DNA from: Octopus bimaculoides | Taxonomy: Eukaryota | DNA length: 64,000 nt | Reading direction: 5' to 3' | NCBI RefSeq assembly: GCF_001194135.2 | Contig: NC_068991.1 | Location: 47,300,714 to 47,364,713 of the forward strand | In this document: positions 24,800 through 36,499 of the stretch, piece after piece | Numbering within the stretch: position 1 is the stretch's first letter | How the letters are laid out: each line of letters starts with the position of its first letter | Program-made: the position numbers and the translations under genes | Notes under the pieces: generated by a model | Seen by the model: the letters and a program-made list of their open reading frames with translations, nothing else | The model's database searches: none | Told to the model about the DNA's origin: nothing

Positions 24800-25310
24800 C
24801 TACTGTAAAAAGAGTGGAAGAGGCAGACCCAGGAAGGCATGGGACAAGGTGGTGAAGCATGATCTTCAAATGCTGGGCCTCATGGAGGCAATGACAAGTG
24901 ACCAAGACCTTTGGTGATAAGCCATGTTTGGGAAGACCCATCAAGCCAAGTGAAACCGTAGTCGTGGCCGATGCTAGTGTCATGTAACAGGCATCCATGC
25001 CGGTGGCACATAAAAAGCACCCTTTAAACATTGGGTCTCACAGAGGTGATAAGTTCCTTTGGCAATATGCCATACTTAAGAAGACTCATTAAGCCAAGTG
25101 ATGTCGTAGTTGTGGCCAATGCTGATGTCACTTAACTAGCACACAAGAACCACACATTACAGTCTTGGAGTGGTTGGTTAGGAAGGGCATACAGTCATAG
25201 AAACCTTGCCAAATCAGATTGGAACCTGGTGCAGCTCTCCAGCTTACCAGTTTCAGTCAAACTGTCTAACCCATACCAGCATGGAAAGAAGACACTAAAT
25301 GATGATGATT
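24800..25310 (+). mobile_element. RTE LINE 3' end with (GAT)n tail
   Basis: gaggcagacccaggaaggcatgggacaaggtggtgaagcatgatcttc (RGRPRKTWDEVVKHDL-like) through ccagcatggaaagaagacactaaatgatgatgat. Confidence 0.8.
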
Positions 25311-25906
25311 ACCTAAACAGAGAATGAATTGTCCAATTTTCAAATAAAACTTAATACACACACATGCACACAATGGCCACACTCAAATGACTGAAACAAG
25401 TAAAAGAGTAAAGAGTATACCAAGTTTTAAATATTAGTGTACTACTCAGACACAAAGAGCACAATTCATAATTGCAATTTATTCTTAAACAAGAATGCTA
25501 ACTATATGGCTAATTATTTGCAAATTATTTTGCTAAATTAACAATGTCACATAACACTACTACAACAACAATAACCAAAATTCAATAAGTTATTCTAACT
25601 AGAGCAAACACACATCGCACATCAATTTCTTTAAGAAACCAAAGTTACAGAACACTGACTGAATCCAGAACAGTGAATGCAAGACATCTATACTACATAG
25701 AAACAGTTAAACAAACATACGAGAGAGCCGTTATGCTCTTGATTTGCAAGAAATAATCACGTCTCTCTTAAATCACACCCAAACATCTAAAAAAGCATCT
25801 CACTGACCAGAAAAACTACTAAAACATACTGAAGTGTTAAAACTCTTTATAAAAACTATTGCAAAGAGCTCATCAATTGGTTGAAAATTGTTTTATTACA
25901 ACTTAC

Positions 25907-25964
25907 CAATATTGTGAAACATCCATTTTTTGTGAATCTTCTCAGGTAAAAGAACTAGAATTTT
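25907..25964 (-). CDS. RALGAPA1: RalGAP alpha coding exon (about exon 4), 58 bp, phase 0 to 1
   Basis: catttgtag|AAA ATT...ATT G|gtaagt; KILVLLPEKIHKKWMFHNIG vs recalled [20 protein letters not shown]; too short for the ORF track. Confidence 0.93.
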
Positions 25965-26708
25965 CTACAAATGAAAAAAAAAAACATAAGTAACCCACAG
26001 ATTATATTAAACCAAGAACATACTTCAACAAGATACACACCAAAGAGTATGTGTAAATAAATATATTATGTATGTATGTACATATTATATATATATTCAA
26101 ATATGAATTAGAAGCAGCCCAAGTTATACAAACAAAATCGAATACACATACACAAGGTATGGGTGTTGTTAGTGCATGGGTCAGCTGCAGTTTTTAGTGA
26201 TAAGAGAATATATTTTGTATGCGCCAGGTGAAAACAAACACCTGAAAGTAAATCAGTGTCAAACAAGACAACTCACATCAGATCCTTTCTCCGAGAGACA
26301 TACATCAATGTTTTGTCATTGTTTTGACTTAATGATATTTGGCATTGATAAATCAAAACAATGATGAAACATCGATTTCTGTCACTCCGAGAAATTTTCT
26401 GTGCAGCTTCATTCAAGTTCTATCAATTAACTAGTTTCACTTTGAAACAAACTAATGGACAGACCCTGAATGAAGCTGCACTGAAAATTATGCCCAGTTG
26501 CATGTGCAACTGCCCATACTCTGAGCAGTGGAAACACATGTAGGTTGTAATAACCATAAAAATATGTTGTATGAAATTGTAAAATAAAGGAAATAAATTT
26601 TGGTGATGAACAAGTCACCATATTCTACATTATTACTATTGCTTATATATACACACACACACATATATACATATATACACATATGTATGTATATGTATAT
26701 ATATATAT

Positions 26709-26920
26709 ATGTAAAGTAGTGTACATTTAATACACATTAGAGATGCCCATAAAGGGCATCTAACCCACTAGAAAGAGCAGCCAAGGCTCTGCACCACAAA
26801 AAAGGGATAATTTCGAAATTATCCCTTTTTTGCGGCGCAGAGCCTTGGCTGCTCTTTCTAGCGGGTTAGATGCCCTTTATGGGCATCTCTAAAGTGTATT
26901 AAATGTACAGTACTTTACAT
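26709..26920. repeat. 212-bp loopless palindrome (foldback/MITE-like)
   Basis: 106-bp arms around C26814|G26815 with 5 mismatches; each arm contains a nested hairpin AGATGCCC-ataaa-GGGCATCT. Confidence 0.95.
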
Positions 26921-27014
26921 GAATAATATATAGTCTGTTGACTAATTTTCTTCTTGCTACACCACTGGTAGTAATGAAATTTCTTAATTTTTAGCTACCC
27001 TTAGACTTATTATT

Positions 27015-27059
<45 letters not shown>

Positions 27060-27063
27060 TACA

Positions 27064-27101
<38 letters not shown>

Positions 27102-27806
27102 ACCTGACATATGTAAACATACCTTATGTATGCATGAATGTATCTAATAAAGTAAAAAAAATACTGTTCAAGTTAATTTCTTTCGCATTGCTTGAAGTTT
27201 CATACCAGAGACATGTGATGCATGCCTCTCTAACACAAAGCTTCACTTGATGGAGAAGTAGTCAATAATAACAAATCAACCACCAACTACACTAACAAAG
27301 CTACTATGTATTCTAGAAGTGCCCTCATCTTAAAGTCTGATTACTGGGGGTAGGAGGAAATTCAAAGTTTAACTTCAAAACTGCTTTATTCTCCCAGACA
27401 GCTAAATATATAGTCCCAAATCAATGCTCAGTATAACACCACAGCATCCACCAATCAGTGAAGATATTTGACAAGTGCCTGGGAAGAATGTTGTGTGTTC
27501 TATTTGTGCAGTCATTGATGACTGTTTGCTTCAGTCAGCAGTACCATGATAAGTAACTGAAGACATGGCTATAGGTCAGATCCGGCAGAGATAGCTTTGG
27601 TGATCTTTTAGTTGATCTTCTGGCGCAACATTCCTTTTTGTATTAAATAGTGTTATCAAAACATGCTATCCCACAAAATACAGGTTATGGCAATTAAAAT
27701 ATTAAGGACTATCTCCAAAGATTGGCTCAATTGTAATACAAGTATGCTGAGCAGCTTACACAGGGACTAACCTATTGATTTATGTTGAATCTGAAACACA
27801 TTAAGA

Positions 27807-28101
27807 CACGAGTTTTCAAACTGTGGTCTGTGGACCACAGGGGGTCCGCAAGGACAAGACAGGAGGTCCGTAGACAGCAAATGCTTTTTATGGGCAATTT
27901 GATTTTATATATGTTTTTTAATCGAAATCTTTTAATTGACAATAAACCTATTTGTTAAATACTGTTAAATAAATAAATATAAAAATATGTTATTTTAAGC
28001 AAATGTTTATGTATAAATTTCATAAGCGTTTATAAGGGGGTCCCTAAGGTAAAGCCTGAAATATAAAGGGGTCCGCAAGTCAAAAAGTTTGAAAACCCCT
28101 G
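27807..28101. mobile_element. hAT-superfamily MITE, 295 bp, 8-bp TSD
   Basis: CATTAAGA|CACGAGTTTTCAAACT...AGTTTGAAAACCCCTG|CATTAAGA. Confidence 0.9.
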
Positions 28102-28348
28102 CATTAAGACTCTTAAAACATGTGATTGTCATCATTTAAAACAATAGGAATACTGTTTGGCATAAAACTTGGCTATTTTGTTAAGAGGTTAAACAGCATA
28201 CATAAAAGCTCCCTTGTTCTCTTGTTGAGTCATATCAAAAATTTTTGCTTATATGACAGAAATATTGAAAGTGGATAACTGTTTAGAGATGGGAGACAAA
28301 TGTTTAGCTATGGCTTCAGAAAATGAAAATAGAAATTAAAGCAAGGAC

Positions 28349-28730
28349 ACAGGCATAGCTGAGTGGTAAGAAGTTTGTTTCTCAACCACATAGTTCCAAG
28401 TTAAGTCCAACTGTGTGGCACCTTGGGCAAGTGTCTTCTACTGTAGCCTTACAAGTGGATTTGGTAGATGGAAACTGAAATAAGTGCCATCATGTGTGTG
28501 TGTGTGTGTGTGTGCGTGTGTGTGTGTGTCCCCACCCCACCCCATCATAACTTGTCAACTGATGTTGGTGTGTTTACATCCCCGTAACTTAGCAGTTCAG
28601 TAAAACAGACTGCTAGAATTAGTACTAGGCTTACAAAGAATAAGTCCTGGGGTCCGATTTGTTCAACTAAAAAAAACTCTTTAAGGTTTGCTCCAGCATG
28701 GTTGCAGTCAAAATGACTGAAACAAGAATT
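28349..28730 (+). mobile_element. tRNA-derived SINE family A with internal (GT)n
   Basis: caggcatagctgagtggtaagaag head to aaatgactgaaacaagaa tail; ends about 45 nt downstream of the exon 3 donor (28775) in transcript direction. Confidence 0.85.
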
Positions 28731-28774
28731 AAAAAAAAAAAAAAAGTAAAGCATTCAAAGTCTGAAATACTAAC

Positions 28775-28824
28775 CTCAAAAATCTGGAGAATAGCTTCAA
28801 GTTCTTCTCGATGAGACTTACTGG
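28775..28824 (-). CDS. RALGAPA1: RalGAP alpha coding exon (about exon 3), 50 bp, phase 1 to 0
   Basis: gtaacag|CC AGT...TTT GAG|gttagt; ASKSHREELEAILQIFE vs recalled [17 protein letters not shown]. Confidence 0.93.
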
Positions 28825-29045
28825 CTGTTACAAAGATAGAAATATAATAAAGAAATTGATTTTCTGAACTGTATTTTATGCACATGAGATTAACAATATA
28901 TGTTATATTAAGCATTTCATTTTTTTTCTTTTCTTACTGTATGCTTGTGAACAAGTTTAATATAAGCTACCTTAAGAAAATTGAATTGAAACAGATTAAA
29001 AAGAAAGCAATTATCAAAATGAGATCAATGTGTAAGTTTACAAAC

Positions 29046-29156
29046 CTCTTTGCTTCAATTCAGTCTCAACATTGACAAAGACATCGTAAAATATATAGTA
29101 TATATGTGAGAAATTCTCTTCAAAGAAGCCTTTCTGTTCTTGGATGTCATAATAGT
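29046..29156 (-). CDS. RALGAPA1: RalGAP alpha coding exon (about exon 2), 111 bp, phase 1 to 1
   Basis: catttcag|AC TAT...CAA AGA G|gtttgt; xYYDIQEQKGFFEENFSHIYYIFYDVFVNVETELKQR vs recalled human [37 protein letters not shown]. Confidence 0.93.
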
Positions 29157-29696
29157 CTGAAATGTATATTAAAAAAAATAAATCTTTTTTAAAATGAAAA
29201 TTTTTTTCTATATACTGCTGTCAAAGGGATATTATTGAAAGAGCAGAAACAGTACTGAAATTAAGAATCATTATCATCATCATCATCATGAAAGAGTAAC
29301 AAGAAGAATTCGAAAGTGAAAAGTAAGAGTCTCTCTAATTCTGGTATTTGCTGTATGAAACTATATCAAGAACGACTTGGATTTTCATCATTTTTGGTAA
29401 AAGTCGTTAGTGCTGTGAATCGTACTGACTGGCAAGGTAAGAGAAGCTACTTAAATATAGAAAGAGAATACTGAACTAGATAAGGACTTCAAGGCCTATA
29501 AGTCTTGGATCAGATGATTCAATTTCTTCCTAGGTTGACTAGGCTTTCAATTACATTTTACTGTATTTCTCCACCACCTCCATTCTCCCATCCAAGTAAA
29601 GAGGACATACAGGGGTTGGACAAAATAGTGGAAACAACTAGTATCATAATTATGAAATATCTATAAAACTGTCAAAAGCTTGTTTATTTTTCATTT

Positions 29697-29903
29697 CGAG
29701 TGTGGCCGTTTTCGTGCGGGTGACACGTAAAAGCACCCACTACACTCTCTGAGTGGTTGGCGTTAGGAAGGGCATCCAGCTGTAGAAACTCTGCCAAATT
29801 AGATTGGAGCCTGGTGTTGCCATCCGGTTTCACCAGTCCTCAGTCAAATCGTCCAACCCATGCTAGCATGGAAAGCGGACGTTAAACGATGATGATGATG
29901 ATG
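29697..29903 (+). mobile_element. Young 5'-truncated RTE-tail retroposon with (GAT)n tail, nested in the Tc1 end
   Basis: cacgtaaaagcacccactacactct...ggcgttaggaagggcatccagctgtagaaact...gcatggaaagcggacgttaaacgatgatgatg; near-identical inverted copy at 55682-55846. Confidence 0.88.
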
Positions 29904-30006
29904 TTGCTTAATGTTTTGCTAAAATTGCTGTTTCTTTTCAGATATCATTAGAAAAAGGTAATTAAAATTCATTAAAATAACAGATCTATTGGACTTTCAA
30001 AGAGAT

Positions 30007-30591
30007 NNNNNNNNNNNNNNNNNNNNNNNNNNNNNNNNNNNNNNNNNNNNNNNNNNNNNNNNNNNNNNNNNNNNNNNNNNNNNNNNNNNNNNNNNNNNNN
30101 NNNNNNNNNNNNNNNNNNNNNNNNNNNNNNNNNNNNNNNNNNNNNNNNNNNNNNNNNNNNNNNNNNNNNNNNNNNNNNNNNNNNNNNNNNNNNNNNNNNN
30201 NNNNNNNNNNNNNNNNNNNNNNNNNNNNNNNNNNNNNNNNNNNNNNNNNNNNNNNNNNNNNNNNNNNNNNNNNNNNNNNNNNNNNNNNNNNNNNNNNNNN
30301 NNNNNNNNNNNNNNNNNNNNNNNNNNNNNNNNNNNNNNNNNNNNNNNNNNNNNNNNNNNNNNNNNNNNNNNNNNNNNNNNNNNNNNNNNNNNNNNNNNNN
30401 NNNNNNNNNNNNNNNNNNNNNNNNNNNNNNNNNNNNNNNNNNNNNNNNNNNNNNNNNNNNNNNNNNNNNNNNNNNNNNNNNNNNNNNNNNNNNNNNNNNN
30501 NNNNNNNNNNNNNNNNNNNNNNNNNNNNNNNNNNNNNNNNNNNNNNNNNNNNNNNNNNNNNNNNNNNNNNNNNNNNNNNNNNNNNNNNNNN
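30007..30591. other. Assembly gap (585 N); other gaps at 16974-17033, 31826-31835, 33209-33308, 39316-39801
   Basis: Runs of N in the sequence. Confidence 1.
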
Positions 30592-30797
30592 AGAAATCCA
30601 CTGGCCCAATGGTTTCCCTTCATAGCAGAATTAATAGTCAAGACTATTTAAGGATTTTATCTGATCAAATTCATCCTATGGTTGCGGAAGTGTTTCAGGA
30701 GGGAAAAGCAATATTTCAGGATGATAATGCACCAATTCACACAGCTGAAGTTGTTACTCAATGGCACAAGGAACATTCTAATGAAGTTGAACATCTT

Positions 30798-30950
30798 ACC
30801 CCATGTGCACCTGCCTGCCTCCCATGTGCGCCTGCCTGCCACCCATGTGCGCGTGCCGCCGATGTGCGTATGTGCCAATGTGCGTGTGCCGCCTATGTGC
30901 GTGTGTGCCCATGTGTGCGAGTGTATATGTCCGTGTGTGCGTTCTGGTAC
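30798..30950. repeat. GC-rich minisatellite (CCCATGTGCGCCTGCCTGC(C/A))x3 decaying into TG-type repeats
   Basis: Directly visible immediately after the Tc1 truncation point. Confidence 0.8.
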
Positions 30951-31964
30951 CTAGTAGTAGATCAACAGCCATGAGACTACCATTGACTGACAACTTTTTA
31001 ACAAGGTTAGACAGCAATTACAGAAAATAACTCCTTCTTTCCTGACAATCAACTTCACATTTTGCAAGATATTGATATACAGGAATGTCTACAGATGTGC
31101 ATTCACGTTGGCCATGCAACCATTCTGAATTACATAATTTGTTGTTTGCACTTATTTTACCAGTGCCAAGAGAAATGTGAAGTAAAATCAAAAAACTCTA
31201 ATCAGTGACAAGAGCTATCAGTTAACCCTTGTTGCTGATTAGAGTTAACATTTTGAGTAAACATGACCAAGTCATCTTCCAGCTATCTTCTCCATTATTT
31301 TGAGTTATTCAAACAACAGCTCTAAGTGTATCTGGAAAGACCAAAGATCATTGCCATGCAAACCCACATACTTTTGTTAGAACTGCACTCACAAACTTTG
31401 TTGTAACATATGACGTTTGAATACCATATTGTGCCACCAGTCAACAGAATAGGTATTTAAATAGCATTAATGGTGCATAATAATTTAAAATAAATTATCG
31501 TTAATTATTAATTAATTTTCAATTAGTAAATTATTTATTAGCCAACTATTTACAATATTACTTATCTTAACCAAAATATATGTTTGTGTATAAAAATATA
31601 CATCATCTGACAAAATTCAGAGATGTGACAACTGGATTTGTGTCATTAAAAAGCATAAATGAGATCAGGTCCAATTGGCTCTTAATAAAATCAATTAGTG
31701 TTAAACATACAGCAGACAGAACAGAAAAGTTGAAATGAGATACTTCAACTCAATGCCTCCAATATGCATTCCCTCCCTCCCTCCCTCATTTATTTTAATG
31801 TTTTATAATTGCTAACTCAATTTCTNNNNNNNNNNACAGCAAAATAAATCTTTAATCTATTGTTCTCCTACACCCTAGAAATGAAGACAAAAATTATTGA
31901 AAATTTAAAATTAAGTGAAACACATCCAATTAAAGTAATTCACAACAAACAGATTAAGAATTTT

Positions 31965-32200
31965 CTTATTTTTTTATTGCCCACAAGGGGCTAAACATAG
32001 AGGGAGCAAACAAGGACAGACAAAGGGATTAAGTCGATTACATCAAACCAGTGCGTAACTGGTACTTAATTTATCGACCCCGAAAAGATGAAAGGTAAAG
32101 TTGACCTCGGCGGAATTTGAACTCAGAACATAACGGCAGATGAAATGCCACTAAGCATTGCGCCTGGCGTGCTAACGCTTCTGCCAGCTCACCACCTTGG
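31965..32200 (-). mobile_element. Near full-length SINE family B, relatively young
   Basis: Reverse complement: aaggtggtgagctggcagaagcgttagcacgcc...tgagttcaaattccgccgaggtcaactttacctttcatcttttcggggtcgataaattaagtaccagt...poly-A-rich tail. Confidence 0.85.
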
Positions 32201-33338
32201 TTAACAATTTTCTACCTTTTTTTTTTCATACATTCTCAACATTTGCCAATAAACATAATGAGCCAACAAGTGAACCACTGTATAGTTACACAATTTACTA
32301 GAGATGACAAACATATTTCCTTCCAATCATATCCCAACCATTTTAAATTCACTGTTTCAATAACAAGTGATTATGCCCATGGCTGGGACATGTTTAGTCA
32401 GCTACCATACTATTACTAATGATATAATTTTGCTCACCAAGAACCTCTCTGGCATTGGTATAATGAGAAAATGCATCCAGTACACTTTGTAAAGTGGTTG
32501 GCAATAGAAAGGATCTCCAGTCATAGAAACCAACCAAATGGCATGTGTGAGCACCTAGTCTTTGGAAACAGTAGCTCCCAATGAGAGGTGACTCAAACTA
32601 CGATGACCTATCGAACTCACACTAGCTGGAAAATAGACATAAAATGATGACAAATAGAAGGCACTACCCTAAAAATGCAGGCTTTCAAATTAAAAAAAAA
32701 AAACATGAAATACATAATAAATGTATACATGTGCACCTCATCACCCCACCCAGTTACACACCCAACTACAACACTAATACAACATCATGGGAGGCAAGGG
32801 TGCTTCAATAAGCAATAAGCCCAATACCTCTTGGTTTCAACCGATACAGATAACAAGAAGTACCATTACAACTTAACTTCTTTCATATACTAAGTAATTA
32901 ACACAAAACACATGCCTCACCAAATCAACTACGATAACTCTTCCTCAGACATCACTTTCGATTCACACACCAAACAACTACAACCACTTAGTAAGCAACT
33001 TTCCTCAGACCACCAATTATCATTACAAGACACTTGCACAATCAATGGAGAAGGCAAAATACCAACTTCAAAAAGGCACAATGAAACAAGTTCCATGAAG
33101 AAATGAATATCAAGGTTTTCAGAATTCAACGATGCCACCATCATCAAGAGGCACTGCAGTATATATATATACACACACACATATATATATATACACACAC
33201 ACACACACNNNNNNNNNNNNNNNNNNNNNNNNNNNNNNNNNNNNNNNNNNNNNNNNNNNNNNNNNNNNNNNNNNNNNNNNNNNNNNNNNNNNNNNNNNNN
33301 NNNNNNNNAAAAAAAAAAAAAATACAATCCCCATTATA

Positions 33339-35790
33339 CACACTCAAACGGTACTTTTTACGTGCCACTGGCACAGGAGCCAGTCAGGCGGCACTGGCAA
33401 TGACCACACTCAAATGATGCTTTTTACGAGCCACTGGTATGGGACCAGACAGGTGGCACTGGCATCGACCATGCTCGAATGATGCATTTTACGTGCCACC
33501 GGCACAAGTACCAATCAGGTGGTACTGGCATCAGTCACAATAATGACTTCACTTGCCTCAACAGGTCTTCTCAAGTGCAGTTTATTGCCCAATGATTGAA
33601 GGGTACTCTTAAATGGGCCAGTTATGCTGCACTGGCATAGGCCACGATTATGATCTCACTTGGCTTGCCAAGTCTTCTCAAGTGCAGCATATCTCCAAAG
33701 GTTTCAGTTACTTGTCATCTTCATAAGGCCCAACATTCGAAGATCGTGCTTCACCACCTCATCCCAAGTCTTCCTGGGTCTAGCTCTTCTACAGGTTCCC
33801 TCTACTGCTAGGGTGTGACACTTTTTCACACAGCTGTCCAAGTCCATACACAACACATATCACACAGTCGTCTATCTTGCACACTACATCTGAGGCTTCT
33901 TATGTCCAACTTTTCTCTCAGGTCACTTACACTCTGTCATGTATGCACACTGACATTACACATCCAGTGGAGCATACTAGCTTCATTTCATGCAAGCTTA
34001 CATATGTCCTCAGCAGTCACGGCCCTTGTTTCACTGTAGCATGGCTGTTCACATACATGCATCATACAGTCTACCTTTTACTCTGAGTGAGAGGTCCTTT
34101 GTCACCAGCAGAGGTAGGAGCTCTCTGAACTTTACCCAGGCTGTTCTTATTCTAGCAGCTACACAGAGCATCCATCCCAGCTACTGACTTGGTCACCTAG
34201 GTAGCGGAAGCTATCAACTACTTCTAGTTTTTCCCCCTGGCATGTGACAGAAGCTGTTTGCTGCATAATTTCAGTGTTTATTGCCCTTGAGCATTTGCCA
34301 CACACAAAAACTATCTTCCCAGTTAGCCTTTCTTCGATATTGCTGCACTTCTTATGTGTCCATAACTTACACCGGGTACATCTTATGTTGTTTCTATCTA
34401 AACCTTTTCTACAGATCGAGCAGGGCCATCTACCTGAAGTGATTTGTCTGCCTTTCTACTTATTAAGACTTTGGTTTTATCTAGATTGACTCTAAGGCCC
34501 TTCGATTCTAGACCTTGCTTCTACACCTGAAACTTCTCTAGTTCTGATAGTGACTCAACTATTAGAGCAAGGTCATCAGCATAGAGAAGCCCCAGGGACA
34601 GCCTGTCTTGAATTCCTCCGTTATTGTCTGGAGGATTGATGAATAAGAGGGGGCTGAGGACTGATCCTTGGTGGACCCCTATGCCTACCCAAAATTCTTC
34701 ACTTTACTCGTTGCCAACCCTCACCTTACTGCCAGCATCCCTGTACATGGTTTGTACAGCTTTCATTAACCACTCAACTATCCCTAGTTTCTGCATTGAC
34801 CACCAGATAAGGGATAGGGGGACCATCAAAGGCTTTCTCCATGTCAACAAAAGCCGGGTACAGAGGTTTATCTTTGGCTAGGTATTTTTCCTGCAGCTGT
34901 CTAACCAGAAATATAGCATCAGTGGTGCTTTTCCCTGGCACAAACCCAAACCACATCTCGTCTAAACTAACTCTCCCTAATTAGTTGAGCTATGACCCTC
35001 TCCGTTACTTTCATTACCTGATCCAGCAATTTGATACCTCTGTAATTATTCATATCTAATACATCACCTTTACCTTTGTGGCAGTTGTCTATGGTGCTGT
35101 TACACCAGTCATTGGGGATGACTCCTTCATGTATCAACTGATTGACTATATGGGTGACTAGACTATAGCCGACACCGCCAGATATTTTAAGCATCTCTGC
35201 AGTGATTTATGATGGGCCGAGGGCTCTCCCTGTCTTCATACCCTTAATTGCTTTATCTACCAAAGTACTGTTAATTCGGATAGCTGGTCCCTCTGCTGGG
35301 TTGACATTCAGCAGACTCTCTTTCTTCCATTCATTCTCTTCATTTAGTAACCTTTCATAGTGGCGTCTCCAAGTCTCTCTCTTTGCAGCCTCATTAAATG
35401 CAAGTGAGCCATCATCCATGCGAACACATTCCTCTATGTCATCACGATTCTCTCTCACACACTGTCTTGCGACACGAAACAGTTCAAGTCTTTGGTTCTC
35501 ATGACGCAGAACACTGGCAAATTTTTTCTTTACTTCCCCTCTGGCTAAGTAAACCTACCTCCTCGCTTCCCTTCTGGCAATCTGATACAATTCCCTGCTA
35601 CCAACATTCTTCCGGTCCTTCCATGCCTGTTTCTTTTCCCTAATGGCTCTATCAACTACACTGTTCCACCACCATGTTATTTTAGGTCAAGAAGGGACTT
35701 TGCACCATCCACAGATCTGGTCAGTAGCTCTCAGGATCAAACACAATCACAAACCCATTTTGGTAAGTGTAATGAGGGAATCACTGCATT
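33339..35790 (-). mobile_element. RTE-clade LINE, 5'-truncated and decayed reverse transcriptase with 3' UTR repeats
   Basis: Fragmented RT peptides: NYRGIKLLDQVMKVTERV, FGFVPGKSTTDAIFLVRQLQEKY...FVDMEKAFD, RENRDDIEECVRMDDGSLAFNEAAKRETWRRHYERLLNEENEW; multiple stops and frameshifts; 3' part has three units of about 66 bp. Confidence 0.93.
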
Positions 35791-35849
35791 TACCAACAAC
35801 TACAACTGGTACCAATACTGTGAAATTTCGAGTATTTGGAAACTGAGGA

Positions 35850-36495
35850 ATATAATTCTAAAGAAACTAAAAGCCCAAGTTTAGTAACATCATACATACC
35901 CATCACCCTCCCAATACATACCCTCAAAAATTCTAGAAAGGCTAATCTTTGACATTACTTACCCACACATCTACCTCTCCAAATCATAACATAGATTCAA
36001 AACCCCACAAACAGAAAATAAAAGCTAGTTTCTACAACAAAAAACCCTTCACAAGTACTGTTCTAAATACTATCAACACCAGCAAATTTTCAATTCTATT
36101 CTTTACTAGCCACTCATACTAGCACTCAACACCACCTGAAAAAATAGCACAAAATGTTGGCCACCAAAGAACTAGTCAAGACTCTCAAGCTTATGTAATA
36201 TACAAGAACAACACTTCCTGATCTTGAAATTTCCTGAATTGAGTACTACAAGGATCATCTTCACACTCACACTTTTCAACCTATACCTACATGACCATCT
36301 CACATTGACAAGGTCATATGCAGATGACATCACACAACCTCCCATTATTCTTCACATACTATAGTACAACTACTCTGGCTCCTCTGAGAAACCTGACTCC
36401 ACAATAACAGATTCAAAAGTAGCACCGACCAAACCCACTAACTCCCTTCCATCCAGCAACATCAGAAAACATCAAATACAAACAATCTTGTTTTT
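35850..36495 (+). mobile_element. Decayed Jockey/I-like LINE RT fragment (5' piece)
   Basis: 36241-36335 reads VLQGS.(fs)TLFNLYLHDHLTLTRSYADDIT, i.e. the PQGS..SP.LF and YADD RT motifs. Confidence 0.75.
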
Positions 36496-36499
36496 CCTT

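Larger units (their letters stand above)
5905..29156 (-). other. RALGAPA1: Partial gene model: Ral GTPase-activating protein subunit alpha (RalGAP alpha), 11 coding exons (about exons 2-12), 429 codons; 5' exon and 3' remainder missing
   Basis: Eleven minus-strand exons (111+50+58+44+154+128+139+139+265+72+127 = 1287 nt) with AG acceptors, GT donors (one inferred GC) and a consistent phase chain. The peptides follow, in order, the N-terminus of human RALGAPA1 as I recall it ([65 protein letters not shown]). One invertebrate orthologue of RALGAPA1/RALGAPA2 is assumed. Confidence 0.93.
29610..30795 (+). mobile_element. Truncated Tc1-like DNA transposon, interrupted by a retroposon and a 585-N gap
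   Basis: TA|CAGGGGTTGGACAAAATAGTGGAAACA left end; 30609-30795 translates MVSLHSRINSQDYLRILSDQIHPMVAEVFQEGKAIFQDDNAPIHTAEVVTQW, containing the Tc1 second catalytic Asp motif FQDDNAPIH; no right TIR seen. Confidence 0.85.

Noticed and set aside
29972-30651. Long ORFs made of X (also 32929-33482 and 39181-39855)
   Set aside because: Artefacts of translating N gaps.
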